Part shown: positions 10,301-20,020 of the stretch, piece after piece
Numbering within the stretch: the stretch's first letter is position 1
Layout: the number at the start of each line of letters is the position of its first letter
Source: a virus
Length of the DNA: 36,148 nucleotides
Strand: one strand, 5' to 3'
IMG/VR virus record: IMGVR_UViG_3300045988_151421
Span: 1 to 36,148 of that record
Notes under the pieces: model-generated
What the model was told of the DNA's origin: nothing
Databases searched by the model: none
Seen by the model: only the letters and a program-made list of their open reading frames with translations
Position numbers and translations under genes: made by a program

Positions 10301-13300
10301 TACTTTTCTAAGATATTGGCTTTTTTCTTTTCTGTTAATATCTTAGTTTCTCCTTCTTTTTCGTATATGTCATTAAGAACGGCATAGTCTTCATCAGTTA
10401 ACAAATCTTGTTTTATCTTGTTTTCAAAATATTCTTTTGTTGGTACATTCAGGTTGTTTTCAATATATTTTTTTGTATTTGAAAAGTCATCAATAGAGGC
10501 TGTATTATTTTCATATTTTCCTAAGATATTATCTTTTTTCTTACTTGTTAATATCTCTGTTCTTCCTTCTTTTTCATATATGTCATTAAGAATAGCATAA
10601 TCTTCATCAGTCAACAGTTCCTGACTTTTCTTGTTTTCAAAATATTCTTTTGTTGGTACATTCAAATTGTTTTCAATATATCTTTTCGTGTTTGAAAAGT
10701 CATCGTTAGACTCTGTATCACCTTCATACTTTTCTAAATAATTACCTTTTTCCTGTTTCGTCGATATATCTGTTTTTCCTTCTTTTTCATATATATCGTT
10801 AAGAACCTTATAATCTTCATCAGTTAATAAATCTTGCATTTTCTTGTCTTCAAAATATTCTCTTGTTGGTATATTTAGACTATTTTCCACATAATTTTTT
10901 GTATTTGAAGAATTGTTAATAGCTTTTCTATTATTTTCTTGAACTTTCTCTATTGTCAATTTATATTCTTTTAAGTTTTTTCCTGTTCCTTGCTGTTGAT
11001 AATTGTTTTCCACGAATTGTTGCCAGTTTTTCGTTGGTACAGCATATTTTTGATTAATATTTGCATACTGACCTTCATCTCCATTTATCCATGCGACATC
11101 ATTTATACTAACTTCTTTAGAATATATTTTCCCATTCCCAGCATAATCTTGTGCCATATTCTTTGAAGTTGATACAAATCCGCCTTGAGTAATTGGCTTA
11201 CTCGAATAAACTGTTACTTTACCTCTCGCCAAATCTTTCTGTGCATCTTCAAAAGAATAATCTCCATAAACAAAACTTTCGTTATCATGTATGGCTTCTT
11301 CAAAAGTCTTAATATCTTCTATATTTCTTATTCCAGTATGATAATCATCTTGCATCTTATTATTTTCTTGAATAATATTTAATTGTTTCTGTTTGTTTTC
11401 GAGCAAAGAAAAAGAACCTGAATTATTTTCAGATTCCACATTATTTTCTTTTATTCCTCCCAATACCAATCCGTTATTTTCACTAGTATTTGATGAATTT
11501 TTCTTTTTATTGCTTTCATTAAATTCATTAGATATCTCCTCATTACTAATATTACTTAGGTAATTATACAACCCAATTTTCATTTTTTCAAGTATAGTTG
11601 TATCAGCATTTGCTGATTTAGGCATACTGTTAATTAAATCTTTTTGGTTGTATTTTTCTTGTATCATTCTAGCAGATGTGTCTCTAGCTTCAATCTCTCC
11701 AGGATTATTTTTATATTTTTCTTTTCCGAATTTTGTAGAAGTTCCCCCAGCAAAACCTTCTATTTGCTGAATTGCATGTTGTATCTCATGAATTAATGTT
11801 CCTTCTGCATTAGATATATTATTAAATCTATTAATATCTATAGTCAATTCATTTGTCAGTCTATTATATCTTCCATTTAATTTACTATTAGATTTAGATT
11901 TATTGGAGTTCATATCTTCAATCTTTACTTTATAGTCTTTTAATTGAGGATACATTTCAAACAAAGTGTCATGAACAAGAATATCCTTTAACTTAAATTC
12001 TTGGCCAACTTTATAGTTTTTGTCTACTATTTTCATATTTTTATCAGAAAAATTGAATTTCATTTTTCCTGTGACTTTATCTTTATACCAACCTGTCTCT
12101 TTAAATATTTTTTCATTACTTTCTTTATTTTTTGCCATTTGCTTTGCTTTATTATAACTATTATATGCTTCTTTACTTACTTGTTGGTCTTTTATATTTT
12201 TCAATGCTTCTTTACCAGCAATAGAATATTTTAAATCACTGTCATTTTTATTAAACTCTTGATTATATGCTGTTTCAAACTTGTTTCTTATATCAGTCCA
12301 AAATAGCTTTTCATTTTTTCCGCCAGTAAACTTATTTAGTTTATCTATTACCCAGTTATATATTTTCTTAGCAATAGATTGATTTTGGTTTACAAGTTTA
12401 TTTACATATTCCTGACTTCCAAGTTCTCTTTGCAAAATACTCATTGTTGCTTCTTCATCAACAATTTTATTAAAGTCCTCTTTTGATATTTGTATTCCAT
12501 CGTTTTCATACGCTTGTTTATATGTATCTTCTAAAGATTTCCTTGCATTCTTCCAATTTTCTTTTTTACTTGCATCTTTTAGTATCATATTTTGTACTTC
12601 ATTTAACTCTAAATCATGGCCTAGCTCATGAATTGCAAGTTCTTGTACTCTTGTTTTTGTATCTTGTGAATTAGGATTAAATACAACTTCTCTGCCAGAT
12701 ATATTTCCATTTTCGTCATATGTAGGTTTCCATATTGAAAATACATCTTTATTATTTTTAAAAGTATTCTCATCAAAGTATGTTGTTATTCCTCTTTTAT
12801 TATACATTTGATTTATTTCTTTTAAATCCTCATTGTTATAATCTATATTATATCTTTTGGCACTTTCATTAAAGTCTTTTACTACTGTTTTATTTGTATT
12901 ATTATACTGTTGCAATTGACTATTATTGGCTATATCTTGTACAGACTCTCTATTTAAAATATTCTCTATGTTTGCCTTACCTTCTTGATTGTTCAAATTA
13001 TTAATTTGTTCATTTATTTTATCTTTTATATTCTGTTGTATATCTATTCCCGCTCCTTGTGCATCTTGAAGTGCTTGTTTATATTCTGTCTGTGAAACAT
13101 TTTGACCATTATTATTTTTGTCAACAATTCCAATACAAGAATTTATTCCTAAATTTGCTCCTCCAACTATAGCAGCAACCAGTCCACCATTAATTCCATC
13201 TTGCAACATTTTTTGTCCCATGCCTGACCAATCGGCTTTTCCACCCACAGCATTTGCAGAAATCTCTTGCAGTGGATCCATAATTGCTTCTTGAATGAAG

Positions 13301-14298
13301 TTATCAGCAATACCTATTCCATAATTTTTTAATACATCTTTTACTGAAGTTGTAATTTCTTTCTTAGCTATATTTTCAACAGCAGTTTTTGCACCTTCTT
13401 TTCCAGCACCAGATAACAAAGCCTTGACTCCTGCTCCAGCTTTTTCAAAGTTTCTAATTCCTACTTCTTCGGTTGCTGCTTCTAATCCTCCTAGCACAGA
13501 TGAATACACTAGTGCTTGTTTTTCATTCATTCCTCTTGATTTTGCATCATCTAAATACCCACCTGCTGCACTAGAATAAAAATATCCTGTTCCTAATGCT
13601 GGGTTTACACTACTTAAAACAGCTCCTACTCCCATTTGACCAATAGAAGGTGCTAATTCTGATAACTTTTGAGTTACTTTTCCACTCATAGAATTTATAT
13701 TTTTTGACACAGCTTCATTGTCTTTTTGAATGCTATTATTCACTGCTTCTTCTATGAAATTCTTATTTAAATCTTCTTCTTTTCTATCTTGTATCGGAGT
13801 TGATAAGTATTTAGCTCTGGCCAATTTATTCGTAATATCATTATATCCTTTATATCCCTTATTTACAGCTGTAGCATAGTTCATTGTCTGTTTTAGTCCA
13901 CTTGATGCACCTCTTACAAGGTTTTCTCCTATACCTAAGATGTCTTCAAATATGTTTTTGTTTTTATAAGATATATTACTATTATCATAGTACTGTTGAG
14001 CTGAGTTCTTTAAATCATTTTTATACAAATCCTCATTAATTTTTGTTTCTACTGGTGCTAGTAAATTATCTGCTGAATTTTTTTCTTTTATTTTAGAAGT
14101 AGCCCAATCATTTGTATTACCAACATTTATATTATTGTTTTGTCCGTACTTAGAGTTAAATATATTATTAAAATTGTCATTTGCCTCTTTCTCGAGGCTA
14201 TTCCTAGAATTTAATCTTTCATTTACCTGGTCTTCTATTGATTGTAAATATTTTTTCTTTTCTTTCTCCGATAAATCACTTAATTTAAAAAAAGCCAT
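7390..14298 (-). CDS. 2302-aa polyvalent internal/ejected virion protein with HELGH and HEIQH metallopeptidase-like motifs, ART-like segment and LPD38-like C-terminal region
   Basis: HELGHDLE (codons 12616-12630) with DEEATMSIL; LIHEIQHAIQ (11776-11790); GGFVSTSKNMAQDYAG; SLHRSVLTSSNPIFIVTNFFKDFQDG. Confidence 0.7.
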   Translation of the reverse strand: MAFFKLSDLSEKEKKKYLQSIEDQVNERLNSRNSLEKEANDNFNNIFNSKYGQNNNINVGNTNDWATSKIKEKNSADNLLAPVETKINEDLYKNDLKNSAQQYYDNSNISYKNKNIFEDILGIGENLVRGASSGLKQTMNYATAVNKGYKGYNDITNKLARAKYLSTPIQDRKEEDLNKNFIEEAVNNSIQKDNEAVSKNINSMSGKVTQKLSELAPSIGQMGVGAVLSSVNPALGTGYFYSSAAGGYLDDAKSRGMNEKQALVYSSVLGGLEAATEEVGIRNFEKAGAGVKALLSGAGKEGAKTAVENIAKKEITTSVKDVLKNYGIGIADNFIQEAIMDPLQEISANAVGGKADWSGMGQKMLQDGINGGLVAAIVGGANLGINSCIGIVDKNNNGQNVSQTEYKQALQDAQGAGIDIQQNIKDKINEQINNLNNQEGKANIENILNRESVQDIANNSQLQQYNNTNKTVVKDFNESAKRYNIDYNNEDLKEINQMYNKRGITTYFDENTFKNNKDVFSIWKPTYDENGNISGREVVFNPNSQDTKTRVQELAIHELGHDLELNEVQNMILKDASKKENWKNARKSLEDTYKQAYENDGIQISKEDFNKIVDEEATMSILQRELGSQEYVNKLVNQNQSIAKKIYNWVIDKLNKFTGGKNEKLFWTDIRNKFETAYNQEFNKNDSDLKYSIAGKEALKNIKDQQVSKEAYNSYNKAKQMAKNKESNEKIFKETGWYKDKVTGKMKFNFSDKNMKIVDKNYKVGQEFKLKDILVHDTLFEMYPQLKDYKVKIEDMNSNKSKSNSKLNGRYNRLTNELTIDINRFNNISNAEGTLIHEIQHAIQQIEGFAGGTSTKFGKEKYKNNPGEIEARDTSARMIQEKYNQKDLINSMPKSANADTTILEKMKIGLYNYLSNISNEEISNEFNESNKKKNSSNTSENNGLVLGGIKENNVESENNSGSFSLLENKQKQLNIIQENNKMQDDYHTGIRNIEDIKTFEEAIHDNESFVYGDYSFEDAQKDLARGKVTVYSSKPITQGGFVSTSKNMAQDYAGNGKIYSKEVSINDVAWINGDEGQYANINQKYAVPTKNWQQFVENNYQQQGTGKNLKEYKLTIEKVQENNRKAINNSSNTKNYVENSLNIPTREYFEDKKMQDLLTDEDYKVLNDIYEKEGKTDISTKQEKGNYLEKYEGDTESNDDFSNTKRYIENNLNVPTKEYFENKKSQELLTDEDYAILNDIYEKEGRTEILTSKKKDNILGKYENNTASIDDFSNTKKYIENNLNVPTKEYFENKIKQDLLTDEDYAVLNDIYEKEGETKILTEKKKANILEKYVNDKYKFKDSFDELAQKFINKGHYIDKLSKEANNPELKYAYDRNLNSFAEGQYEVGVAQTNNEGKKIGKSINEIWEPIEKQNLTKEFSEYLLHKHNIDRSERNKFVFGSEIGPAESTAIAMELEQRYPKFKEYAKDIKKFNHNNLQCLVDAGLLSNDMVKYLESMYPNYVTISRDLQDSTYAGDKNKTGVNAPIKNATGGNADIQPLKETMAQQAIKIKRLINQNMLGQELAKTLKNSHVEQEGSIQLSPTMLFGLDTLIDTDTKGNKYYTYFENGELQKLKIDDNLYESLKPTERSRLEETLPVKALQKVTSLHRSVLTSSNPIFIVTNFFKDFQDGMFNSKYSSKFVKNYGKALNEIMTKGEYYETYMANGGMTNTYFDYNEGIKKQPNKFVEKIRNANEIVEQLPRMSEFISTLEDGKSLNEALYNAAEITTNFKRGGDITKAINRNGVNFLNASIQGLDKQFRNFSEQKGAKGYVNLLVKATLMGVVPSILNHILLDDDKDYEKLPESTKDLYYLFKTGEGKFIRIPKGRVLSVFGVAARRTLESIEGNEDAWKGFKDTVINQVAPNNPLEDNILAPIMQVKNNKTWYGSDLVSSRLQKELPKNQYDETTDEFSKWLGSKINASPKKINYLIDQYSGGVGDVLLPMITPQAKQNVFKDKFTTDSVLKNKYVSKFYETLEKQNQIANDPLATDEDEIQLKYLNNTSKEMGNLYKEKRNVQMSNISNKEKTAKVREIQEKINELAESSLQNYTNFTKTQNSAKIGDQEYYKNGSGEWTSMNEETKQKNSNISTETYSDYKQKVYQETQKQRANGNLNKNQSLKQKDKIQILLNSKYSDKEKKALYSTYIKNEQDTEYEIMNYANTDIDEYLKYKQQGFDSDYVDNGTVNGKAISSSKQRKVYEYINSAKMTYEQKLLLLGMQYKLTSGERSTLAKYVDTLNITSDEKLKAYKKIKGFTVYKNGKVSW
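10300..10920 (-). repeat. Three tandem ~213-nt repeats within the 2302-aa gene
   Basis: Y(V/I)EN(S/N)LN(I/V)PT(R/K)EYFE(D/N)K...LLTDEDY..LNDIYEKEG...DDFSNTK, about 71 aa, three copies. Confidence 0.75.
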
Positions 14299-14307
14299 TT
14301 TAGCCTC

Positions 14308-15402
14308 CTATTTTATACCGTAACCATAATAAGCTAATAAAGCTTCTGGCGAATTAAATGTTTTTCCACTATATCCATCTTTAATGTTATTTCTAAGTCC
14401 CGGTCCTTGAAGTACAGTCATTTTCTTTAATACCTCCTCAGCAGAGGTTGGCACCTGCTCTTTTATACTTCCTTTAGATACAGTATTCGATGAATTTTGT
14501 AGCATATATGCATATTTAGCATCATATTCTTTTTGCCATTGTGCATCCGAAATTCTGTCTCTCTCTTTTTGATATGCTAATTGTTGACGTTTATATTGCA
14601 TTTCTGCATTAGCCTGTCTTATATTTTCTTCTAATTGTTTTCTTTGTGTTAATAAACTTGCTAATGTATTAAATAATTCACGTTTTGAAGATAGCTCACT
14701 ATTTATCTGTGATAATGTATTTTGATACTTATTATCATATCTAACACCTAATTCTTGTAATTGCTGTTGTTTGGTTTGAATTAAAGTGTTTTTATATTGA
14801 AAACCTTGCAGAGCTAATTCTTGTTGATTTTTTAGAGCATCAGCTGCAATCTCTGCAAGTGTTGTATTATTAGTTAGCTGTGCTTCTTTAATTGCATTGT
14901 CATAATTTAATATAGCTGAATTTAATGTTTCTCTTGCTGTAGCGACTCTATTTTGATACGTGTTATACATACTAACTTTAGCTGTTTCACTATATCCACT
15001 ATTTGAAAGACCATTTGAAGCTAAGTTTTCAGCATTTACACTATATGGATCTATTTGCTTTTTATAATCTGCATATGCACCTTTTTGTTCTTTTATATAA
15101 TCCTTTTGTGTTTTATCCTTATTTTGATTTATTACATCAATAGTTTGTTGTGTCTTTTTATTTTGTAAATCTTCTTGTTGTTTTGCATAATCTTTTGAAG
15201 CTTGAATTTGGTCTTGATAAAATTTATCAGAACTATTTATCATTTGATTATAATCATTTGCTAACTCATTTTCTTTTTGCTGTTGCTCATTTTTTATATC
15301 GGTCAACCTAGAATCATTATAATTTACATCACTTAATAGTCCTGGATTCTTTGTATAATTATTCACATAATCTTCTGCCATTTTTATATAATCTTCTGCC
15401 AT
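14308..15402 (-). CDS. Coiled-coil Gln-rich internal virion/ejection protein
   Basis: 364 aa, long helical charged/Gln-rich segments, adjacent to the giant internal protein. Confidence 0.5.
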   Translation of the reverse strand: MAEDYIKMAEDYVNNYTKNPGLLSDVNYNDSRLTDIKNEQQQKENELANDYNQMINSSDKFYQDQIQASKDYAKQQEDLQNKKTQQTIDVINQNKDKTQKDYIKEQKGAYADYKKQIDPYSVNAENLASNGLSNSGYSETAKVSMYNTYQNRVATARETLNSAILNYDNAIKEAQLTNNTTLAEIAADALKNQQELALQGFQYKNTLIQTKQQQLQELGVRYDNKYQNTLSQINSELSSKRELFNTLASLLTQRKQLEENIRQANAEMQYKRQQLAYQKERDRISDAQWQKEYDAKYAYMLQNSSNTVSKGSIKEQVPTSAEEVLKKMTVLQGPGLRNNIKDGYSGKTFNSPEALLAYYGYGIK

Positions 15403-15411
15403 CTTTATCTC

Positions 15412-17112
15412 CTATCTTTTTACAAAACTTCCAATATAACTTTGTATTGTAAAATCATAAATGCTGAATGGTACATTACTCATAAATTTAAACTGTATTT
15501 CTTTCCATTTTTTCTGTTTAATTCTTGGTATTATATATCCTTTTGTATTTTTATAATCCTCTATTTTTTCAAATTCATTATTATCTGTTCGTACATATAG
15601 CGAAATTTCGTCTCCATCTATATTTAGTACACAGCCTTTCTTATTAGTTATTTTTTGATATTGCTCTGTATCAAAAGAGTCCTGACAAGTACACCAATAT
15701 GCTTCTATACTTGTATTTACTTTAGTCAATGTATATATACCATCATCACTACACAAATATAAAATTCCATTTTTCACAGTAGCATAAGTAATTATTTTAT
15801 TTAACTCCCAATAAAACCATTCATATTCTACATGATTATCTAGCGTAAACTTATCCCTTGAATTAGCTAAATATATATGGTTATCAACTATTACTAACAG
15901 ATACCCATCATATTCTTGTACGATTAAGTTTTTATAATTCTCTTCTTGTAATAGTTTACTATCTACTAATGAAGAACGATGTTGTAGAACCTGTTCTGTT
16001 GTTACATCACTACTTATTCCTTCCATTCCTCTATCTGAAAAAAGAACAATATCATCATTAAAATTGAACCCTGTTGCCACGCAACCTGTTGATATACTCG
16101 AATGGGTACTTGGATATGCTTTACCAGTATCATATGTTGCTGGCGTATGATAAAAGACTGTAGTATTAGCTTGTGAAGGCTCTTTAAATACCCATAAAGC
16201 ATTATTTCCAGCTACCAACGCTCTAATATTAGCACTGTCTAATCCTTCTTCATAATAATCTGTATCAGATACGTAACGAGGGTTTGCAAGTGAACTGTGA
16301 AACAATGTATTTGGATAATCTTGATTTCCCGCAAAGAATACACGGTTATCAAAAGGCTCTAATATTGTACATTTAGTAATTCTTTCTCTATATCCCGGTA
16401 TAGTTTTACAGAACTGTATTATTACATTATCTTGTCCGTCTGTATTAGGCTCATTAGGTGCAGTTGTAAATGTAATACAGCCTTTCAATGTATTTACTGT
16501 AAAGGCTTTTGTTTCTACTCCATCTATCCAGCATCTAGTTTTTCCGGTTTCAATTTCAGTTGTATCCAAATAATACTCTTTGCTCGTTCCATCTGCACAG
16601 AATGTATTTTTTCTATAACCTGTAAGTAGATTTATATCTTGGTATTGCGTTCCTCCACCTTCTGGTTTTCTTGAAATTGAAGTTGTTGGAATATATCCTT
16701 CTACCGTCTTACATTCTTCTCCATTGTACTCAAGGTAATTTATTCCATCTTTTATATACAAAATATTATTGTATATAAAACTTTGGCTTCTCTTCGGATT
16801 CATTCCAGTAGCTTTTATTGTTTTCTGTTCCTTTGTATTCATATTATAATCATACAAGCTAGTACCACAATGAATAATCATATGTTCTACAGTATTAACA
16901 GTATAAAAAAACAATCCAAATATAGTATTATTAAAGCTTCTAAACAATTCTATATCTGGTCTACTTTCTATACATTTTCCTAGTTTTTTATAATTTTTCC
17001 ATATATTCTTAGAATCTGGACTCCTATATTGACTAACCTCGTGATTTGAAAAGTCTACTCCTCTAAAATTACTGTATATTCTTGTTATTAAGTCTCCACT
17101 TTCTATCGACAT
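15412..17112 (-). CDS. Putative beta-propeller neck/stopper protein (P22 gp10-like role)
   Basis: 566 aa, beta-rich, FRGVDFSNHEVSQYRSPDSKNIWKNYKKLGKCIESRP start; sits after the gp4-like adaptor. Confidence 0.5.
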   Translation of the reverse strand: MSIESGDLITRIYSNFRGVDFSNHEVSQYRSPDSKNIWKNYKKLGKCIESRPDIELFRSFNNTIFGLFFYTVNTVEHMIIHCGTSLYDYNMNTKEQKTIKATGMNPKRSQSFIYNNILYIKDGINYLEYNGEECKTVEGYIPTTSISRKPEGGGTQYQDINLLTGYRKNTFCADGTSKEYYLDTTEIETGKTRCWIDGVETKAFTVNTLKGCITFTTAPNEPNTDGQDNVIIQFCKTIPGYRERITKCTILEPFDNRVFFAGNQDYPNTLFHSSLANPRYVSDTDYYEEGLDSANIRALVAGNNALWVFKEPSQANTTVFYHTPATYDTGKAYPSTHSSISTGCVATGFNFNDDIVLFSDRGMEGISSDVTTEQVLQHRSSLVDSKLLQEENYKNLIVQEYDGYLLVIVDNHIYLANSRDKFTLDNHVEYEWFYWELNKIITYATVKNGILYLCSDDGIYTLTKVNTSIEAYWCTCQDSFDTEQYQKITNKKGCVLNIDGDEISLYVRTDNNEFEKIEDYKNTKGYIIPRIKQKKWKEIQFKFMSNVPFSIYDFTIQSYIGSFVKR

Positions 17113-17648
17113 TAGATTCCTCCATCTATATATACGCTTCCCTGTGACTGTCTTGGATCAAGCATTTGTTTTAATTCAGAGTATCTTTGTGCATATACTT
17201 GTCCATAGTTACTTGATACATCACTTTTTAATATATCTGCAGCAACACCATAAACCATACATTCTAATACTTCTGTTGCTAATTCAAACTTATAAGTATC
17301 CTCTGTATCTTTTGTGATAGCTTTTGGATACTTATAATAATATATAGTCGCTTTACCATCTTCCAAAAAAGTTACTATATTGTCATCAATATTATATTCA
17401 ACGCCTTTTATTATCTTTAATTGATAAAAATCCGAATACTCCTCATTCAATATAAATTCTTCATTTTCAGTAACATTTACAGTATCTTTTACAATAATTC
17501 CTTTATATCTGAACAATTCAAACATTAACTGGTTAGTTACTGTATTAAATTTATTTGCTATGTCTGGATCATCGGTTAATTCCTTTTTATCAATGTCAAT
17601 TTCTTCAATAAGTCTTAATACTCTTTGCTTAAAATCCCCGAGTGTCAT
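17112..17648 (-). CDS. Head-tail adaptor (P22 gp4-like)
   Basis: 178 aa; MTLGDFKQRVLRLIEEI...DPDIANKFNTVTNQLMFELFRYKGI plus synteny. Confidence 0.5.
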   Translation of the reverse strand: MTLGDFKQRVLRLIEEIDIDKKELTDDPDIANKFNTVTNQLMFELFRYKGIIVKDTVNVTENEEFILNEEYSDFYQLKIIKGVEYNIDDNIVTFLEDGKATIYYYKYPKAITKDTEDTYKFELATEVLECMVYGVAADILKSDVSSNYGQVYAQRYSELKQMLDPRQSQGSVYIDGGI

Positions 17649-17650
17649 AA

Positions 17651-17989
17651 CTATTCCTCCTTGCCAGTTAATGCCTTTTTTAATGATTTATAATCATTTA
17701 TTGCTTCATCAATTTCTTCTACCGGAGTACTATCTGCTGGTAAGAAATATCCTCTTCCTTCTTCTTCCAAAAGTAGTACTTCTCCTTCCTCTAGGTTTAT
17801 TTCTACTATACTTGTAGTTTTATATCTTTTTGTATTTTTTATAAATTTAGACACAAATTTCAAATTTTCCAATTTTTGTTCAACCATGTCATTTTTATAT
17901 TCAAGTTTTGTATTTTTATTTACAGTTATTCCTTCATATGGTTTTAAATCTGGCTTTTCAACATAGTATTTTTTCATTTTATTTCTCAC
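17651..17989 (-). CDS. Uncharacterised small structural-module protein
   Basis: 112-aa ORF downstream of the capsid gene. Confidence 0.5.
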   Translation of the reverse strand: MRNKMKKYYVEKPDLKPYEGITVNKNTKLEYKNDMVEQKLENLKFVSKFIKNTKRYKTTSIVEINLEEGEVLLLEEEGRGYFLPADSTPVEEIDEAINDYKSLKKALTGKEE

Positions 17990-18041
17990 TTTCTGCCTAT
18001 TTGTAGAATTGCACTACATATAACTATTATAGACATATATA

Positions 18042-18065
18042 AAAGGGCCAATTTAGCCCTTTTTT
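18042..18065 (-). terminator. Hairpin downstream of the major capsid gene
   Basis: GGGC...GCCC stem (AAAGGGCCAATTTAGCCCTTT) flanked by A/T runs, immediately after the capsid stop. Confidence 0.6.
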
Positions 18066-18075
18066 ACTTATTTTT

Positions 18076-19065
18076 CTACGCAGGAATCTTAACACATTGT
18101 AATTCGTCTTGTGCTATAATCTTCATTCCATAAGTATCTAAACCTCTGATACCATCTGAGAATGCATTTTGTAGTCTTAGACTTTCAACCTCATTAATTT
18201 GTCCAGCAAACGCAATAGCGGTTTTACTTCTGACAATACAGAATCTATTAGCTCCGTCATTGTATATTGCGTTTGACATTACAACTTCAAAGTTATCATA
18301 CATACCTACAATACCTTTTCTTATTAATTCTGGGTTATTTGTAGATAGTTCAACTAAGTTATTCTTAAATGTTGAATATGTTGCTGGATCTATTTCTATA
18401 ACTCCTCCAACATCAAAGTTTCTTTGTCTTAATGCAACTATTGCATCATCAATTGCTGTTTTAACTCCTGTTTGCGTTTTAGCTGCAGCAGTTGTTATAT
18501 TTTTGGCTCCATCTTCATAAGTAGCCTTTGTTATTTCATAGTAGTTTGCTATATCCGCTTTAACCGGTTTTGCAACTCTTTGATATATCGTTTTTCCATT
18601 TATATTTTTTTGTACGAAATAATCTTTAAAAGTTTTTATATCTGTGTCTTGTGTTTTTGCGTATATAGCAGAAGCTTCACTTATAGTTGTTATACATTTT
18701 CCAGCAACTAATCTTCCAAGATTTATTTCTCTCCTTTGAGCTAACTTTGATGTAGCTTTTTGCTGATATTTTTCTGGTAATCCTGGTACAGATTGAGCTT
18801 TGTCAATATCTTTTACAGCAAAAGAGAAATATTCAGCAAATGCTATTGTTAATAATTGACTTGAATCTGACATATCTTCATAATCAACTACACCTTGATA
18901 TCCACTTACAGTTGGATCTCCCACTCCTAAGATTTTAACAGTTTGAGCATATTTACAATCCCCTTCGTACTCTCTAGTACAATTTTTTATTAATTTTAAT
19001 TTTAATTCTAGGTCATCTTGAATTTTCTTTGACCATATAGTTTGAATAAAGTTTTTTACTGACAT
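18076..19065 (-). CDS. Major capsid protein
   Basis: 329 aa, MSVKNFIQTIWSKKIQDDLE...; preceded by a scaffold-like gene; contains GMYDNFEVVMSNAIYND... Confidence 0.75.
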   Translation of the reverse strand: MSVKNFIQTIWSKKIQDDLELKLKLIKNCTREYEGDCKYAQTVKILGVGDPTVSGYQGVVDYEDMSDSSQLLTIAFAEYFSFAVKDIDKAQSVPGLPEKYQQKATSKLAQRREINLGRLVAGKCITTISEASAIYAKTQDTDIKTFKDYFVQKNINGKTIYQRVAKPVKADIANYYEITKATYEDGAKNITTAAAKTQTGVKTAIDDAIVALRQRNFDVGGVIEIDPATYSTFKNNLVELSTNNPELIRKGIVGMYDNFEVVMSNAIYNDGANRFCIVRSKTAIAFAGQINEVESLRLQNAFSDGIRGLDTYGMKIIAQDELQCVKIPA

Positions 19066-19089
19066 TTATAATTCCTCCTAAATAAAAAA

Positions 19090-19959
19090 TTACCAACGAG
19101 ACATTGAATCACATACAGCTTTAAATAATTTCGGATTTTTATCAAAATCGGCTCTAGTAAACTTAGAAGCCTCATCTTTGGTGTAAAAGTCTTTAATTAC
19201 ATCTGCCGAACTATCACTGTTTTTCATTGACGCTATTGGTTTTGGTGCTTCTTTTGGTGGAAGCATTTTCTTATACATTTCATATATTTCTTTTGTCGTT
19301 GTCCTAGATGAATCAAACTTGTTAGCAAAATCTTTAAAATTGCTATCATTTAAAATTTCATCTCCAACTCCTATACTTTTTAGCTCTTTAATAGCTTCTT
19401 GATTTTTTCTTTCATTTGCTAATTCTCTAAATAAGTATTTTTCACGTGTAGTCATTTTATCTACACCTTTTGAAGCAAGCTGATCAACGACATCGACTAT
19501 TTCGTCATATCCACAATCTATAATTCTAGATGCGTCTGACTTAGCCAATGTTTCCACATCTCGCTCATCGTATTGAGGCAATTCTGGAATATTTACTCCT
19601 TGTTCTTTATAAAACTGCTTTAATTTTTCCGTTGATTCTTCAACAGAATTAGTTCCTAAACCAGCATTTAAAACATTTTGTAATTCTCTGTATTTAGCCT
19701 CATCATCATTTTTTGCACGTCTAACTCTTTCTTGTACTATTTTGTTGACTTGCTCTTGTGTAAACATTTTTTCCTTTGCAGTTTCTTTATTAGCAAATTC
19801 ACTAACATTCGTATTATCTGCATTAGTGGCAATGTTAGCTCCTTCCACATTTTCTTCTGCTGTTTGTGTAACAGTATTTTCATCAGTAGTTGGTGCTACC
19901 TCATTTTGATTTACAACGTTTAAGTTGTTTTCTTCTTCATTTCCCATTTTTTTCTCCAT
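19090..19959 (-). CDS. Scaffolding protein
   Basis: 289 aa acidic helical protein between portal and capsid (MFTQEQVNKIVQERVRRAKND...). Confidence 0.7.
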   Translation of the reverse strand: MEKKMGNEEENNLNVVNQNEVAPTTDENTVTQTAEENVEGANIATNADNTNVSEFANKETAKEKMFTQEQVNKIVQERVRRAKNDDEAKYRELQNVLNAGLGTNSVEESTEKLKQFYKEQGVNIPELPQYDERDVETLAKSDASRIIDCGYDEIVDVVDQLASKGVDKMTTREKYLFRELANERKNQEAIKELKSIGVGDEILNDSNFKDFANKFDSSRTTTKEIYEMYKKMLPPKEAPKPIASMKNSDSSADVIKDFYTKDEASKFTRADFDKNPKLFKAVCDSMSRW

Positions 19960-20020
19960 TTAAAGTCTGTCGACTGTTAATTCCTACATTCCTTTTAAGC
20001 CATTCAGCAGTTTTGGGCAT

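Noticed and set aside
10300-10920. CRISPR or mobile repeat
   Set aside because: The 213-nt period is in frame and conserved at protein level, so it is an internal protein repeat.
6390-12674. Many 60-110 aa + strand ORFs inside the late genes (6390-6659, 6928-7257, 8960-9157, 9327-9671, 9878-10126, 11185-11382, 12001-12234, 12483-12674)
   Set aside because: All lie antisense to long confident minus-strand genes and show low-complexity Phe/Leu/Ser-rich translations typical of AT-rich antisense frames.
16014-16202. 62-aa minus-strand ORF inside the 566-aa neck gene
   Set aside because: Out-of-frame overlap, no motif.
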